A stretch of DNA of 64,000 nt from Promethearchaeota archaeon (GCA_048940645.1 JBHLOI010000012.1:1-64000), one strand, 5' to 3'. Counted from the stretch's first letter, positions 30,573 to 40,564 are shown. Notes: generated by a model from the sequence alone, not told the origin. Numbers and translations: made by a program.

Positions 30573-31079
30573 TTACAAAGAAATTGCTTGTTTTACTTTT
30601 TTCTCAATTTTTTCTTTTGAAGTAAAAATAATTTCTTCTAATTTATAATTTCGATTACAATATATACATTGAATTTTCAATGGCTTTTCTTCTAAAACTA
30701 AGAATTCTGTATCGATTGGCTCTTTCTCCGAATTTGAAATACATGTTTTATTTTGGCAGAGTATTAATCTTTCAATAATTTTAGGTAATTTTACTTTTTT
30801 CTTTTCTATTAATTTATAATTATCGATAAGAGAAATTGTTGCGTTAGGTGAGAGAATCGAAATTTGTTGCATTTGTATTTCATTCAGAAAAACCCCTTCA
30901 ATCTTAATTATATCTTTTTTATTATACTTTTTAGACGATACATTCACACCGATAGTCATAAGATTTGGTGACTCATCAAGACCCGTTAGATTCAGAATTG
31001 TTAATGCATAACCCGCATCGATATGGTCAATTACCGTCCCTTTTTTTATTTTATCGATCTTTAATTTTTCTTCAGACAT
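30573..31079 (-). CDS. pyrI: Aspartate carbamoyltransferase regulatory subunit
   Basis: IKKGTVIDHI, KKDIIKIE, zinc site CQNKTCIS...CIYC. Confidence 0.96.
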   Translation of the reverse strand: MSEEKLKIDKIKKGTVIDHIDAGYALTILNLTGLDESPNLMTIGVNVSSKKYNKKDIIKIEGVFLNEIQMQQISILSPNATISLIDNYKLIEKKKVKLPKIIERLILCQNKTCISNSEKEPIDTEFLVLEEKPLKIQCIYCNRNYKLEEIIFTSKEKIEKKVKQAISL

Positions 31080-31145
31080 CTTCTTATAATTATAAATAAT
31101 CTAATTGAAAAAACTTTTGGCATAAATCAAGAATTTTATTATTGT

Positions 31146-32228
31146 TTAGATAATAATGAATGAGAGAAAAAATAATACAGTTGATATAATAAAATTGTAA
31201 GTAAGATTATCATCAATTTCTAAGTCTAAAAAATCTAATAATCCAATTAATAATGCACCAATCAAAGGTAATAAGAAGATGCTTAATAAATTTAATATTA
31301 ATAATCCATTTAAGAGTAATAAAACAATTATCCCAGAAAAGAAAGCAACGATTATTCCAGCAATTAATCCTGCATAAGTTTTATTTGTATTTCGAATATT
31401 TTTATGACCAAATGTTCTACCAAATAGATTTGCAGTCATATCACCAAAAATAGCCATGGTCATCGAAGTGCAGATTATTAAAGGGCCGATAGGTTGGATC
31501 ACTCCATAAATTATGATGATCGAAAAACACCCAACTCCCATAGAAATATGGGGGCCAAATCTCATATGACGTTCTTTCTCTCTTAGAATTCTATTAACAG
31601 GTTTTAAAGGATATAACTCTGGTTTCAAAATCCTTATTAATTCTGCGGTGAAAAATCCAATTAAAGAAATTCCAACTAAACAAACAACTAGATATTGCGT
31701 AAAAATCATCTTATCAGGTATATTATTATAAATCGAAAAAAATAAATCAGAGAAAAATTCCGGTAATAATTGAAATAGGTAATTGAATAAATTCTGAACC
31801 AGAAATCCCAATGTAAAATAGAAAAAGATTATTCCTAGTACTATTAAGTGGGTTAATTTTCTGTAAATCTCATATTTTAATGGCAATTCTTTGGGAGGTA
31901 GCAAATCATTTTTTCTTGTATTTTGTCTTCTTAAACTAATTTTTTTCTTTTCCCGATGAATTAAAAGATAAAAAAAGGGTAAAAATAACAAAATAAAACC
32001 CAGTATTAGAATATCAAAAGGATATATAATCAAATCTATACTAGTTATATGAAGTAGATTAATTATTACTAAATTAATTGTGATGCTTATTAGAAAAACC
32101 AATGAATTAATCAGATTATTGAGGAATGCTCCCTTTTCACCCTTCTTTTTAGTAAGATAGGTAATGTATAATAAAATTAAGCCATACAGAGAAAAAATTC
32201 CTACTATAATGTATGATAACAAATCCAA
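31146..32228 (-). CDS. CTP-dependent polyprenol/diacylglycerol kinase family membrane protein (dolichol/phytol kinase, Dgk1-like)
   Basis: EIYRKLTH, ILREKE, FGDMTANLFGR.FG, NKTYAG, IDDN. Confidence 0.85.
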   Translation of the reverse strand: MDLLSYIIVGIFSLYGLILLYITYLTKKKGEKGAFLNNLINSLVFLISITINLVIINLLHITSIDLIIYPFDILILGFILLFLPFFYLLIHREKKKISLRRQNTRKNDLLPPKELPLKYEIYRKLTHLIVLGIIFFYFTLGFLVQNLFNYLFQLLPEFFSDLFFSIYNNIPDKMIFTQYLVVCLVGISLIGFFTAELIRILKPELYPLKPVNRILREKERHMRFGPHISMGVGCFSIIIIYGVIQPIGPLIICTSMTMAIFGDMTANLFGRTFGHKNIRNTNKTYAGLIAGIIVAFFSGIIVLLLLNGLLILNLLSIFLLPLIGALLIGLLDFLDLEIDDNLTYNFIISTVLFFLSFIII

Positions 32229-32327
32229 AGACTACAATTCTCGTGAGATTTTAATAATGTAAATGATCTTTATAATTTTAAGATTTACTGTAAAATAATT
32301 ATCAAGAAAAAGAAAAAAAAAAATAAT

Positions 32328-33728
32328 TTAAAATTGACTTTCATCGATTTTTGGCATATCTGGAGAGGCTAATGCTTTCTTAATATCTTCTTTAGGTAAT
32401 TCGTAATCTTCTAACTTACCGCTCATGAATTCTTTGTATGCTAATAAATCAAAAAACCCATGACCACTGAAATTGAATACGATTACCTTTTTCTCATTAT
32501 TTTCTTTTGCATTTAAGGCTTGATTTATTGCTTCTTTTACCGCATGAGCAGTTTCTGGTGCGGGTAAGATTCCTTCTGCTTGAGCAAATTTAAGGCCTGC
32601 TTCAATAATCTCTGTTTGGTGAAGCATTGAAGTTGAAATGATATTGTTGTTAGATAAAATCGAGATAATAGGCGCCATTCCATGATATCTTAATCCTCCC
32701 GCATGTATTGGACTAGGAATAAATGTATGCCCCAGAGTATGCATTTTTAATATTGGTGCTTTTTTTGCAGTATCTCCAAAATCCCATCTATATTCTCCTT
32801 TGCAGACGCTAGGGCAAGCTCTTGGTTCTACCCCTATTATTTCTAAATCCGGATATTTCCCTTGCAATTTATCTTTTACGAATGGAATTGCAAATCCTCC
32901 AAAATTCGAACCACCTCCCATACAACCTATAAGAATATCTGGCTCTATTCCAATCTTTTCTAGTTGTAGCTTAACTTCTTGACCGATTATAGTTTGATGT
33001 AATAGTACAAAATTTACCACGCTTCCTAGTGAATACCGTATTTTATCACTCCTTAGACTATGCTCAACTGCTTCGGATATTGCAATACCTAGACTTCCAG
33101 GGTGATCTGGATTGTCGTCATAAAAACTTCTTCCAGCATCAGTATGTTTTGAGGGACTTGCATGAATTGCAGCATTATATGCTCTCATCAATATTTTTCT
33201 ACCGGGTTTTTGAAAGAAACTTGCTCTTACCATGTAAACAGTACATTTTAATCCATATATATTACAACCGTAAGAGAGCGCTGAACCCCATTGTCCTGCT
33301 CCAGTTTCAGTGACTAGCTCATTGATTCCTTGCATTCCTGCATAATAAGCTTGAGCTAGAGCAGTATTAGGTTTATGGGATCCTGTAGGAGACACAGATT
33401 CATTTTTAAAGAATATTTTTATTCTCCCATCATTTATACCGAGCATCTTTTCTAACCGGACTGCTCTGTGAAGAGGTGTCGGACGATATGTTGTAGCATA
33501 GATTTCTCTTAGATTTTTTGGGATACTAATCGAACTCTCTTGAGATACTTCCTGTAATACGCATTCTTTTGGGAAGATTGCAAAAGCTAATTCAGGAGGT
33601 GCCGGTTTTCCGTCCATAGGATTAATTAAAGGTGTTATAGGTGATGGTAATTCCGGAAGAATATTTATCCATTCTTTAGGGACATCGTTTGCATCTAATA
33701 AAACTCTTGCATTAAAATTTTCTACCAT
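32328..33728 (-). CDS. trpB2: Tryptophan synthase beta chain type 2 (TrpB2)
   Basis: RPTPLHRA, SPTGSHKPNTA (PLP Lys), TETGAGQWG, GGGSNF, IHAGGLRYHG, PAPETAHA, FNFSGHG; start at ATG 33728 behind GGTGA. Confidence 0.95.
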   Translation of the reverse strand: MVENFNARVLLDANDVPKEWINILPELPSPITPLINPMDGKPAPPELAFAIFPKECVLQEVSQESSISIPKNLREIYATTYRPTPLHRAVRLEKMLGINDGRIKIFFKNESVSPTGSHKPNTALAQAYYAGMQGINELVTETGAGQWGSALSYGCNIYGLKCTVYMVRASFFQKPGRKILMRAYNAAIHASPSKHTDAGRSFYDDNPDHPGSLGIAISEAVEHSLRSDKIRYSLGSVVNFVLLHQTIIGQEVKLQLEKIGIEPDILIGCMGGGSNFGGFAIPFVKDKLQGKYPDLEIIGVEPRACPSVCKGEYRWDFGDTAKKAPILKMHTLGHTFIPSPIHAGGLRYHGMAPIISILSNNNIISTSMLHQTEIIEAGLKFAQAEGILPAPETAHAVKEAINQALNAKENNEKKVIVFNFSGHGFFDLLAYKEFMSGKLEDYELPKEDIKKALASPDMPKIDESQF

Positions 33729-33744
33729 TAAAATCACCGCTTTA

Positions 33745-33915
33745 CATTTTTAGTTAAAAATGCTACATCTTTATATTGGAATTCAATATAATTGATGCAT
33801 AATTGGCAAAACAATTAGAAGAATACTAGGTAAGAGAAATTATGTATTAAAAATTAGAATTTGATTTAATCCAATGAGGGCGTAACTAAAAACGCCAAGG
33901 CCACTGCCAACGCCA
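33745..33915 (-). promoter_or_regulatory. Putative attenuator/leader RNA structures upstream of trpB2
   Basis: GGCGT/ACGCC stem around the leader stop (33879-33896) with a second TGGCGT copy as alternative partner; U-rich tract 33846-33857; hairpins at 33772-33790 and 33745-33762 next to the SD. Confidence 0.55.
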
Positions 33916-33939
33916 AGAAATATTTTTATCAGTAGCCAT
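33886..33939 (-). CDS. Putative trp leader peptide MATDKNISWRWQWPWRF
   Basis: 17-codon ORF with four TGG codons in alternating positions, between a TATA box (33984-33990) and trpB2, stop 157 nt upstream of the trpB2 ATG. Confidence 0.75.
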   Translation of the reverse strand: MATDKNISWRWQWPWRF

Positions 33940-33954
33940 TGATATAAATCATTT

Positions 33955-33990
33955 TTATTTTGTTAATAACAAAATAACAACACTTATAAA
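33955..33990 (-). promoter_or_regulatory. TATA box and 11-bp inverted repeat (candidate operator) of the trp leader promoter
   Basis: TTTATAA on the minus strand (33990-33984); TTATTTTGTTA-A-TAACAAAATAA perfect inverted repeat at 33955-33977. Confidence 0.5.
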
Positions 33991-34044
33991 TTTAACTTTT
34001 TTTACCAAAAATAATTTTTTTTACCAAAAAAATCAAAAATCAGT

Positions 34045-34458
34045 TTATCTTCCTTCAAAAATTTTTGCTAAATTTTTTGCCGCAACTCTCATTACTTTAA
34101 CAGTTTTCATTAATGTATCGATAAGTGTTCCAGCACATACAATTACTAATGGACCTGCATTACTTACAACGATGTAGCCATTTTGGGCTCTTACAATTAT
34201 TTCACTTAATTCTTCTTGAAATAGTGTCTGAATAGTTGAGCTACCAGTCATGAGCAGAGCACTCGCAAGCCCACAAAATTGATCGCCATCAACATGATAT
34301 TGAGGAAGCGCAGAAAATGCAATTTGATAACCCTCCTGAGAAACAAGTGCAATTGCTTCTATGTCAGCATTAGAAGTTATAAATGTAATTTGAGGACTTA
34401 TTTTTTCAATATCTTCGTCAGTAATTCCAAGATCACTTCCGAACTGAATCAAAATCAC
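34045..34458 (-). CDS. Roadblock/LC7 domain protein (eukaryotic signature protein)
   Basis: IEAIALVSQEG..IA, LSEIIVRAQNGYIVVSNAG roadblock pattern. Confidence 0.88.
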   Translation of the reverse strand: MILIQFGSDLGITDEDIEKISPQITFITSNADIEAIALVSQEGYQIAFSALPQYHVDGDQFCGLASALLMTGSSTIQTLFQEELSEIIVRAQNGYIVVSNAGPLVIVCAGTLIDTLMKTVKVMRVAAKNLAKIFEGR

Positions 34459-34544
34459 CTTTCTTGGGATAAATGAAAATAGAACCTTTATCTTAGTAGT
34501 TTTATTAAAATCTTTTTATTTATATGTTTTCATTAAAATTCAAT

Positions 34545-34817
34545 TTATTTATAAAATTGTCTTTTCTTATCTTCTTCTGATTTAGACTCTTCTTTTTTCT
34601 TAAAATATTTTCTAAGCATGAAATAATTTATAATCATACCAACTACTTGGACTAAAATACCAATAAATGCAATAATTGTTCCACCAGATTCGGTAAAATA
34701 TCTTAATAGTAAAGCAACACCTAAACCAGAGGAACTAAATATAAACAAAAGAAAAGCTTTGATGATTTGAGAAAAAGAGATTCTTAATTGAGTCAACTCT
34801 TTTTTGATCAGAGACAT
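34545..34817 (-). CDS. Small 2-TM membrane protein
   Basis: Two hydrophobic helices and a charged C-terminal tail. Confidence 0.65.
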   Translation of the reverse strand: MSLIKKELTQLRISFSQIIKAFLLFIFSSSGLGVALLLRYFTESGGTIIAFIGILVQVVGMIINYFMLRKYFKKKEESKSEEDKKRQFYK

Positions 34818-34909
34818 AATTTTAATAATTTTTTATAGATTTTAAATTTGGTTAAATAAATTTGAATTAGTCTTTAATTAGCTCTCTATTAAATACTTCT
34901 TATATCAAG

Positions 34910-37309
34910 CTAAACTTTCCTTCTTTTCTTTTTAAATGTAATGTATAAAGCATTATCTAATATTTTTCCGATTTTAAGAGCAATCTTTTTAGCAATCAAA
35001 TATCTTTCCCCATCAAGCATGGATTTTATCTCATTATGGTTCGGCTTATGGTTTAACCTTTCAATTAATACATTTTCCCCGAACAATTCTACAGAATTCT
35101 CAATTTCCTTGTAATCAGGTAAATTTATATCAAGTTTAAATGATTTTATTTTCTCGACGACAAAATTATAATATTCACAAAATCTCATATAAGGATCATC
35201 ATTTAATTCACTATGCAGTTTAATATTATCTGTTGCTATCTTCGTGTCTTTTTCTTGCCAATAAAATTGATTAGGATTTATTCCAGGGCGATTTATCCCC
35301 ATTAACGAGGATGTTATACGTCTTTCTATCCAATTAAAGGTGCTTTCTTTCTGTTTTACACGGATTTCTTCTTTTTTTACCTCTATTTCTCTTTTTTCAA
35401 TCTCAATAACTTTCTTAACTTTAGATTTGTGTTTTTCCTCAAATAGCTCTAATCTTTTTATTAAATCAAATGCGATACAATAAGAGATAGGGGAAATTAA
35501 ATCTGCTTGTAATTTCAATGGCTTAATACTTTCGTAAATTAAGCTTGGATTTTCCCTTAATTCGATTATGCATTCTTGAAGAGGTTTATCTGTTAACCTT
35601 GATAAAATGAAACCATTCACTAGGAAAACTTGATTTTTGGCATTAAATACAATAACTAATTCTTTTTGTCTTCTAATTATTCGTTTAATAATTAATTCTT
35701 CTAATTTAATATTTATCCAATCTTCATATTCTAAAGTTCCATCTATTTTTTTTAAAGCTTGTAATATTAATCCTTTGTCATTATTAATTTTATTATACGA
35801 TTCAATTATCCTACTTAATTGTCTAAGGATTTTTGATAATATATAATAAAAAATATCTCTTATCAAATTATCAATAACTTCTTCAAAACTTAAGAGTGTA
35901 ATTATTTGATTATAATTACTCATCCCTAGTTCTTTTAGAAAAACTTTATCAATAATTTGCTTCTTTCTTACAAACTCTCTGAGTTCGTTAATTGATGCCC
36001 CCATTTTCTTTTCCAAAGACTCCCATAGTTCTTTTAGTTGTAAATCATCTCTATACAAAAATTTAGAAAGCTTAAACTCAGATATATTGTCAAACTCTTC
36101 TACTATTCTTTCGATATAAGGAAAATTAAGCCTTACAATCTCTTTTTTCGCTAGATCAACTAAATTTCTATTTTTATCATTTAATGCTAAAAAATCCTGT
36201 TTTTTAATATTAAATTTGATCATATTTTTCTTTACTTCCGAAATTAAATCATCATCAACATTGATTAAATGCATGATATCATAAATTCCACGTTTATTTA
36301 ACTGATACATAATTTCATCAAAAGAATATTCATAAAGGCTTTGTATTAAGTAGATAAAGTCATTTGGGTTAGTTTTAAGTTGTTTAATTATCAATTTTTT
36401 TAAAAAATTTAAAGTGCTATTCTCAAAATCTTCATAGATTATCCTCTCTTTAAGAGCTTTATTTATAATATTTAATAACTCCCTTTTTATTGAGTTGCCT
36501 TTTAAGAATGCTCTCAAGCCTGGAACTGAAACTGGATATTTGTTAAACTCATAATCCAAAATTTTCTTTTTAATCATCCTAACTGGCATTGCTTCAACTT
36601 GGAGCTCTTTATATGATTTAAATTCGTAATCCCTGTGAATCTCTTTTATCAATCGATTGAGTGTTGATAATTCAATGAATTTATCTTCCTTTTCTTTCTT
36701 ATCTAATTTCTTTTCAATATCAACAGACAGATCTTTGAATGCTGATTCTTCTTCTAGGATTTCTCTCTTTATGTGATTATTTAGACCAATTATATCTCCT
36801 AGTAAATCATAAAAGTAAAACGGAGGATATTTTCTTATTATCTCCAATAATTCAAACTCGATTTTTTGATCTATTTCTTTTAGTTTTTCATTTTTTTGAT
36901 AATCATTAAGAGAAGATTCTCTTTCTTCAATTAAGAAAGATAAAAATAGATTTTCTAGATCTATTATTTTATATAGTAAATCAATCTCTAAATCGAAAGA
37001 ATTTTTTAGCAATAATTCAATTTCATTCATCAGAATCTCTTTTTCATTTATTTCTAAGTCTCTTGAAAGCTTATCAGAAAAATGCTCAGATTGAAAATCT
37101 TGTGGAAATCTTATTCCAAAATAATGATACAAATGAATTGAAGCAGTTGCAACTAACATTATACTAAGATTTGTAGAAGAATCGGCTAGTTCAAAGATTT
37201 TTTGCCTATCTGCAGGTCTTTTAAAGTGTGAGAGAATTAAATCAATAGTTTGGAAGTATCTATAAGTACTTTCTATAGCAGTCGTTTTTCTTTTAATACC
37301 ACTTATCAT
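34910..37309 (-). CDS. Large hypothetical alpha-helical protein (799 aa)
   Basis: Long ORF overlapping the upstream gene by 4 nt (translational coupling); no motif recognised. Confidence 0.75.
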   Translation of the reverse strand: MISGIKRKTTAIESTYRYFQTIDLILSHFKRPADRQKIFELADSSTNLSIMLVATASIHLYHYFGIRFPQDFQSEHFSDKLSRDLEINEKEILMNEIELLLKNSFDLEIDLLYKIIDLENLFLSFLIEERESSLNDYQKNEKLKEIDQKIEFELLEIIRKYPPFYFYDLLGDIIGLNNHIKREILEEESAFKDLSVDIEKKLDKKEKEDKFIELSTLNRLIKEIHRDYEFKSYKELQVEAMPVRMIKKKILDYEFNKYPVSVPGLRAFLKGNSIKRELLNIINKALKERIIYEDFENSTLNFLKKLIIKQLKTNPNDFIYLIQSLYEYSFDEIMYQLNKRGIYDIMHLINVDDDLISEVKKNMIKFNIKKQDFLALNDKNRNLVDLAKKEIVRLNFPYIERIVEEFDNISEFKLSKFLYRDDLQLKELWESLEKKMGASINELREFVRKKQIIDKVFLKELGMSNYNQIITLLSFEEVIDNLIRDIFYYILSKILRQLSRIIESYNKINNDKGLILQALKKIDGTLEYEDWINIKLEELIIKRIIRRQKELVIVFNAKNQVFLVNGFILSRLTDKPLQECIIELRENPSLIYESIKPLKLQADLISPISYCIAFDLIKRLELFEEKHKSKVKKVIEIEKREIEVKKEEIRVKQKESTFNWIERRITSSLMGINRPGINPNQFYWQEKDTKIATDNIKLHSELNDDPYMRFCEYYNFVVEKIKSFKLDINLPDYKEIENSVELFGENVLIERLNHKPNHNEIKSMLDGERYLIAKKIALKIGKILDNALYITFKKKRRKV

Positions 37310-39612
37310 AAATCTTTAATCCACTCCCTATAAACCTCTTTAAAATTATCTAAAATTTCAAACCTGGACTTAGTATGCCAATATTTAAAATTAAAAACAT
37401 GAAACAGAGTGCTTTTAAAAAGTTCTTTTTCTTCATTTGTTAAAGTATGCTTTAAGATTATAGTTTTAGGTCTAGGGATTAGTTTTGAGAAATATTTCAC
37501 CTCATTTTCCTTAATATATTTATAAAATGTATCCTCTTCTGAAATATTTAAAAGTGTAATTGGAAGCACTTTACTTTGATTCAATTTTAACAAATTAACT
37601 TCAGTTTCAATTTTTTTTTGAACATACTTCGGAAATTCAAGTTTAATATCAATACACAATTCAAATTTTTTATAAAAATCTAATAGAAGATTTTTCTCTG
37701 TCTCATCTAATACCTTAACAATATATGTATCTAAAAATACTAAAAATTGTTTTTCATTTTGCTCAAAAGTTTCGCGTTTTTCAATATAATCAACAAAATT
37801 TGTATATGTCTTATTTAAACTCCAATCTCTTTTTTCTTCTATCTTGAAAAATCTTTTTACATAATCCTTTATCCATTCTAAGACATAGGATTTCCAAATT
37901 AAATCTATTCCCCCCATTCGTTTTTCCAGAAATCGATAGAACTTATTTGCGAATGTAACTGGATCTGAGATTTCAATATCATTTTCTTCCTTTAAAAAGC
38001 GATTAATTGTTGAATACCTTAATATATAATTTACTAAAAATCTTAATTCGTTTGAAAATTTCTCAAAATTATTTAAATGCTTTTTAATTAAGCCAGAATT
38101 ACTTTCCATTTGTATTTCCGCAAAGGCTACTAAATCGCTAATACTTAATTTTACTTCTTTTATAAAGGAAGAAAGTGTTTCAATTACAATTTTTTTAAAT
38201 TCTTTTAAAAGTAAATTCAAATCAAGAAGGTAATCTTTTTCCAAGGTAATTGAATTAAATTCAATTTTATTAAGGAGAACACTTTTAAATTTAGAAATTA
38301 AATTTTGACCTAGTGCTTTCGCTGGTTTTTGTTCTTTATCAAATTTTTCATTTAAATTACTAATGAGAACATCTACTAAGAAAATTAATTCTCTGCGATA
38401 AAGAAAACGAGGTAAAGATTTCCTCATTAAATTAAAGTTATTTTTAAAAATTTCAGCGAAGTAATTTACTGCTGAATTTAATTCTATAGCAATTAAATCT
38501 TCATCTTTTCTAATTGATTGATTTATTGAGAAGCTTGCCAATTTAAATAACTCTCTATAAGTATAATTGCCTTGATCAATCTTCTTCTCTAAGAAATTAT
38601 CAAACTTTTTTAAAAGCAGGGTTAAGTCACCCTTTTCGCCAGAATTAAGAAACTCATTGGATATATCTAAAAATTGACTTAACTTCTTTTCCATTCGATT
38701 AAAGAAATCTTCAAAGTAAGAGATTATCCATTCAATGGAACAAGTTTCTTGATATGATCCAACTTCCTCTCTAATTTTTTTAATTAAATAGAATAAAATT
38801 CTCTCTTGAGATTCATCAATCGTACCGGTATTAGCTAATTTCATTAGGTTTGTCCCCAATTTCAGCGTATTTTCAACCAAAAAATTAGCACTAGGTTCGG
38901 AAATTAAGTATTTTAGGTGTTCTATACCCATTTGACCATCAAACGGAGACTGAAACTTTTCATATTCGGGATTGAAAAAGTTAACCTCAAAAGGATTTTT
39001 ATTCCAAAAAATTTGTACGTCGTTTTTTATAGAGCCATATGTTTTTAACATTTCTTCATCAGTAGGGAGGGAGATATTTATTCCAACCAGTTTTTTGTTC
39101 CATTTGTCTTCAATTAATTCACCATACAGTTTTTTACTAAAACGTTCAGCAAAACTTTTTAATAATCTGCTTTTCCCTTCCCTGTCTAATTCAGGATGAT
39201 CTGTAAATTCCTCTACTTCGTAAAACAATTTACTAATATGATCAATCGATTCCTTAGATTTATGGGTGTCTAAATATCCAGTATTCGGTTTTAAGGCAAG
39301 AAGTAAACTTTCACAATCTTTATAATTACCTGGAATCAATAACATAGATTTTGGATAAATATTGACTCTAGCATCCTTCTCATCAAAATTAAATAATTCA
39401 AACTCAGCGTAGAATAATTCAGAACCAGTATAATCTCTTAATATTGCATTGTACATCCTCAAAAATCTTATAACTTCTTGTGATAATTCGTTTACTCTAA
39501 CACTTGTTAACTTACCAGGACCCAAAACATTTCCTACAATGATATCTTTCGGACTAGAATATCCAAAAATCAATGAAAATTGATAATTAATAGATTCTCT
39601 TGTAGTGATCAT
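37306..39612 (-). CDS. Large hypothetical protein (768 aa)
   Basis: Long ORF; alpha/beta-looking N-terminus, helical remainder; no motif recognised. Confidence 0.75.
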   Translation of the reverse strand: MITTRESINYQFSLIFGYSSPKDIIVGNVLGPGKLTSVRVNELSQEVIRFLRMYNAILRDYTGSELFYAEFELFNFDEKDARVNIYPKSMLLIPGNYKDCESLLLALKPNTGYLDTHKSKESIDHISKLFYEVEEFTDHPELDREGKSRLLKSFAERFSKKLYGELIEDKWNKKLVGINISLPTDEEMLKTYGSIKNDVQIFWNKNPFEVNFFNPEYEKFQSPFDGQMGIEHLKYLISEPSANFLVENTLKLGTNLMKLANTGTIDESQERILFYLIKKIREEVGSYQETCSIEWIISYFEDFFNRMEKKLSQFLDISNEFLNSGEKGDLTLLLKKFDNFLEKKIDQGNYTYRELFKLASFSINQSIRKDEDLIAIELNSAVNYFAEIFKNNFNLMRKSLPRFLYRRELIFLVDVLISNLNEKFDKEQKPAKALGQNLISKFKSVLLNKIEFNSITLEKDYLLDLNLLLKEFKKIVIETLSSFIKEVKLSISDLVAFAEIQMESNSGLIKKHLNNFEKFSNELRFLVNYILRYSTINRFLKEENDIEISDPVTFANKFYRFLEKRMGGIDLIWKSYVLEWIKDYVKRFFKIEEKRDWSLNKTYTNFVDYIEKRETFEQNEKQFLVFLDTYIVKVLDETEKNLLLDFYKKFELCIDIKLEFPKYVQKKIETEVNLLKLNQSKVLPITLLNISEEDTFYKYIKENEVKYFSKLIPRPKTIILKHTLTNEEKELFKSTLFHVFNFKYWHTKSRFEILDNFKEVYREWIKDL

Positions 39613-39817
39613 AATTAAAAAATAAAAAAATTAACTTTACAAAGATACTAGTTAAAAAATTTAAATAATTTATAGTTGAATTAGTATTAAAATTTAAGCT
39701 GATCATAAAAAGTTATAACGGACTTTTAGCCTACTATGGTATGTTTAAACCTCGTGTGTTGAGACAACAAGTGAGAGTTTCGCAGAGATCTTGAAAATAT
39801 ATAAATTAACCCCTATT

Positions 39818-40564
39818 TCATAATATAGCATAATTTTCCCATAATCTTTCCTTAATATTATGCGTTATTAAATAATCCTTAATATCAGTTAACAATATGT
39901 TTGGATCAAACTCCCAAGCACCATATTCGTTAAATGATAAGCATTTTAGATTCTCAATATTTAATACTGATTTCAATAAAAGCCCATAAGTAGCAACCTG
40001 AGGTAAAGAAAACATAAAATTTCCTTCAGGTTTATAATCAATCACTTTAACTGTATTATTTTGAATTTGAATTAGATCAATATGCCCAGTAATAGATTTT
40101 TTACCAACTCGCCTCCAAATAGGGACCTCAATAGCAATTGAATCCTTATCTTTAATTAAAATATATTTTAAAACAGGACCATGACCCGGTCTTTGCCCAA
40201 TTCCGCCACTCTTAAAATTTGCATGCACTCTCCGAGCATACTCAGGTAGATTTGAATTTGAATCAAAAAACTCAATTTTTCCCTCCCGGATTAGCTTTTT
40301 GCCAAAACTTTTAAGAAATATAGACTTTATCCCAGTGATCTTAAATCTAGATACTCGAGGTAACGATTTTGAGTTAAATAAATTATTTGGAATCTTACCC
40401 TGATAAATTTGATTAAAGTATTTCCCTAAAAGTACAAACTCAGATCGATAGGGATTTAATTGGGAAACTTTTTGCTTATGATGTTCAATATTCCAATTAA
40501 AAACATAGGGAATTTGTTGATGTACAAAAACTCTATTTCTAATTGATTGTCGATATAAACTCAT
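39818..40564 (-). CDS. PD-(D/E)xK nuclease superfamily protein (RecB/Cas4-like core)
   Basis: AIEVP..ITGHIDLI..VKVIDYKP..QVATY. Confidence 0.8.
   Translation of the reverse strand: MSLYRQSIRNRVFVHQQIPYVFNWNIEHHKQKVSQLNPYRSEFVLLGKYFNQIYQGKIPNNLFNSKSLPRVSRFKITGIKSIFLKSFGKKLIREGKIEFFDSNSNLPEYARRVHANFKSGGIGQRPGHGPVLKYILIKDKDSIAIEVPIWRRVGKKSITGHIDLIQIQNNTVKVIDYKPEGNFMFSLPQVATYGLLLKSVLNIENLKCLSFNEYGAWEFDPNILLTDIKDYLITHNIKERLWENYAIL

Noticed and set aside
30573-31079. pyrI without adjacent pyrB
   Set aside because: Separation of pyrB and pyrI is common in archaea and not informative.
39800-39820. Selenocysteine read-through of the TGA ending the nuclease gene
   Set aside because: Read-through adds only a few residues before TAA and there is no redox motif context.
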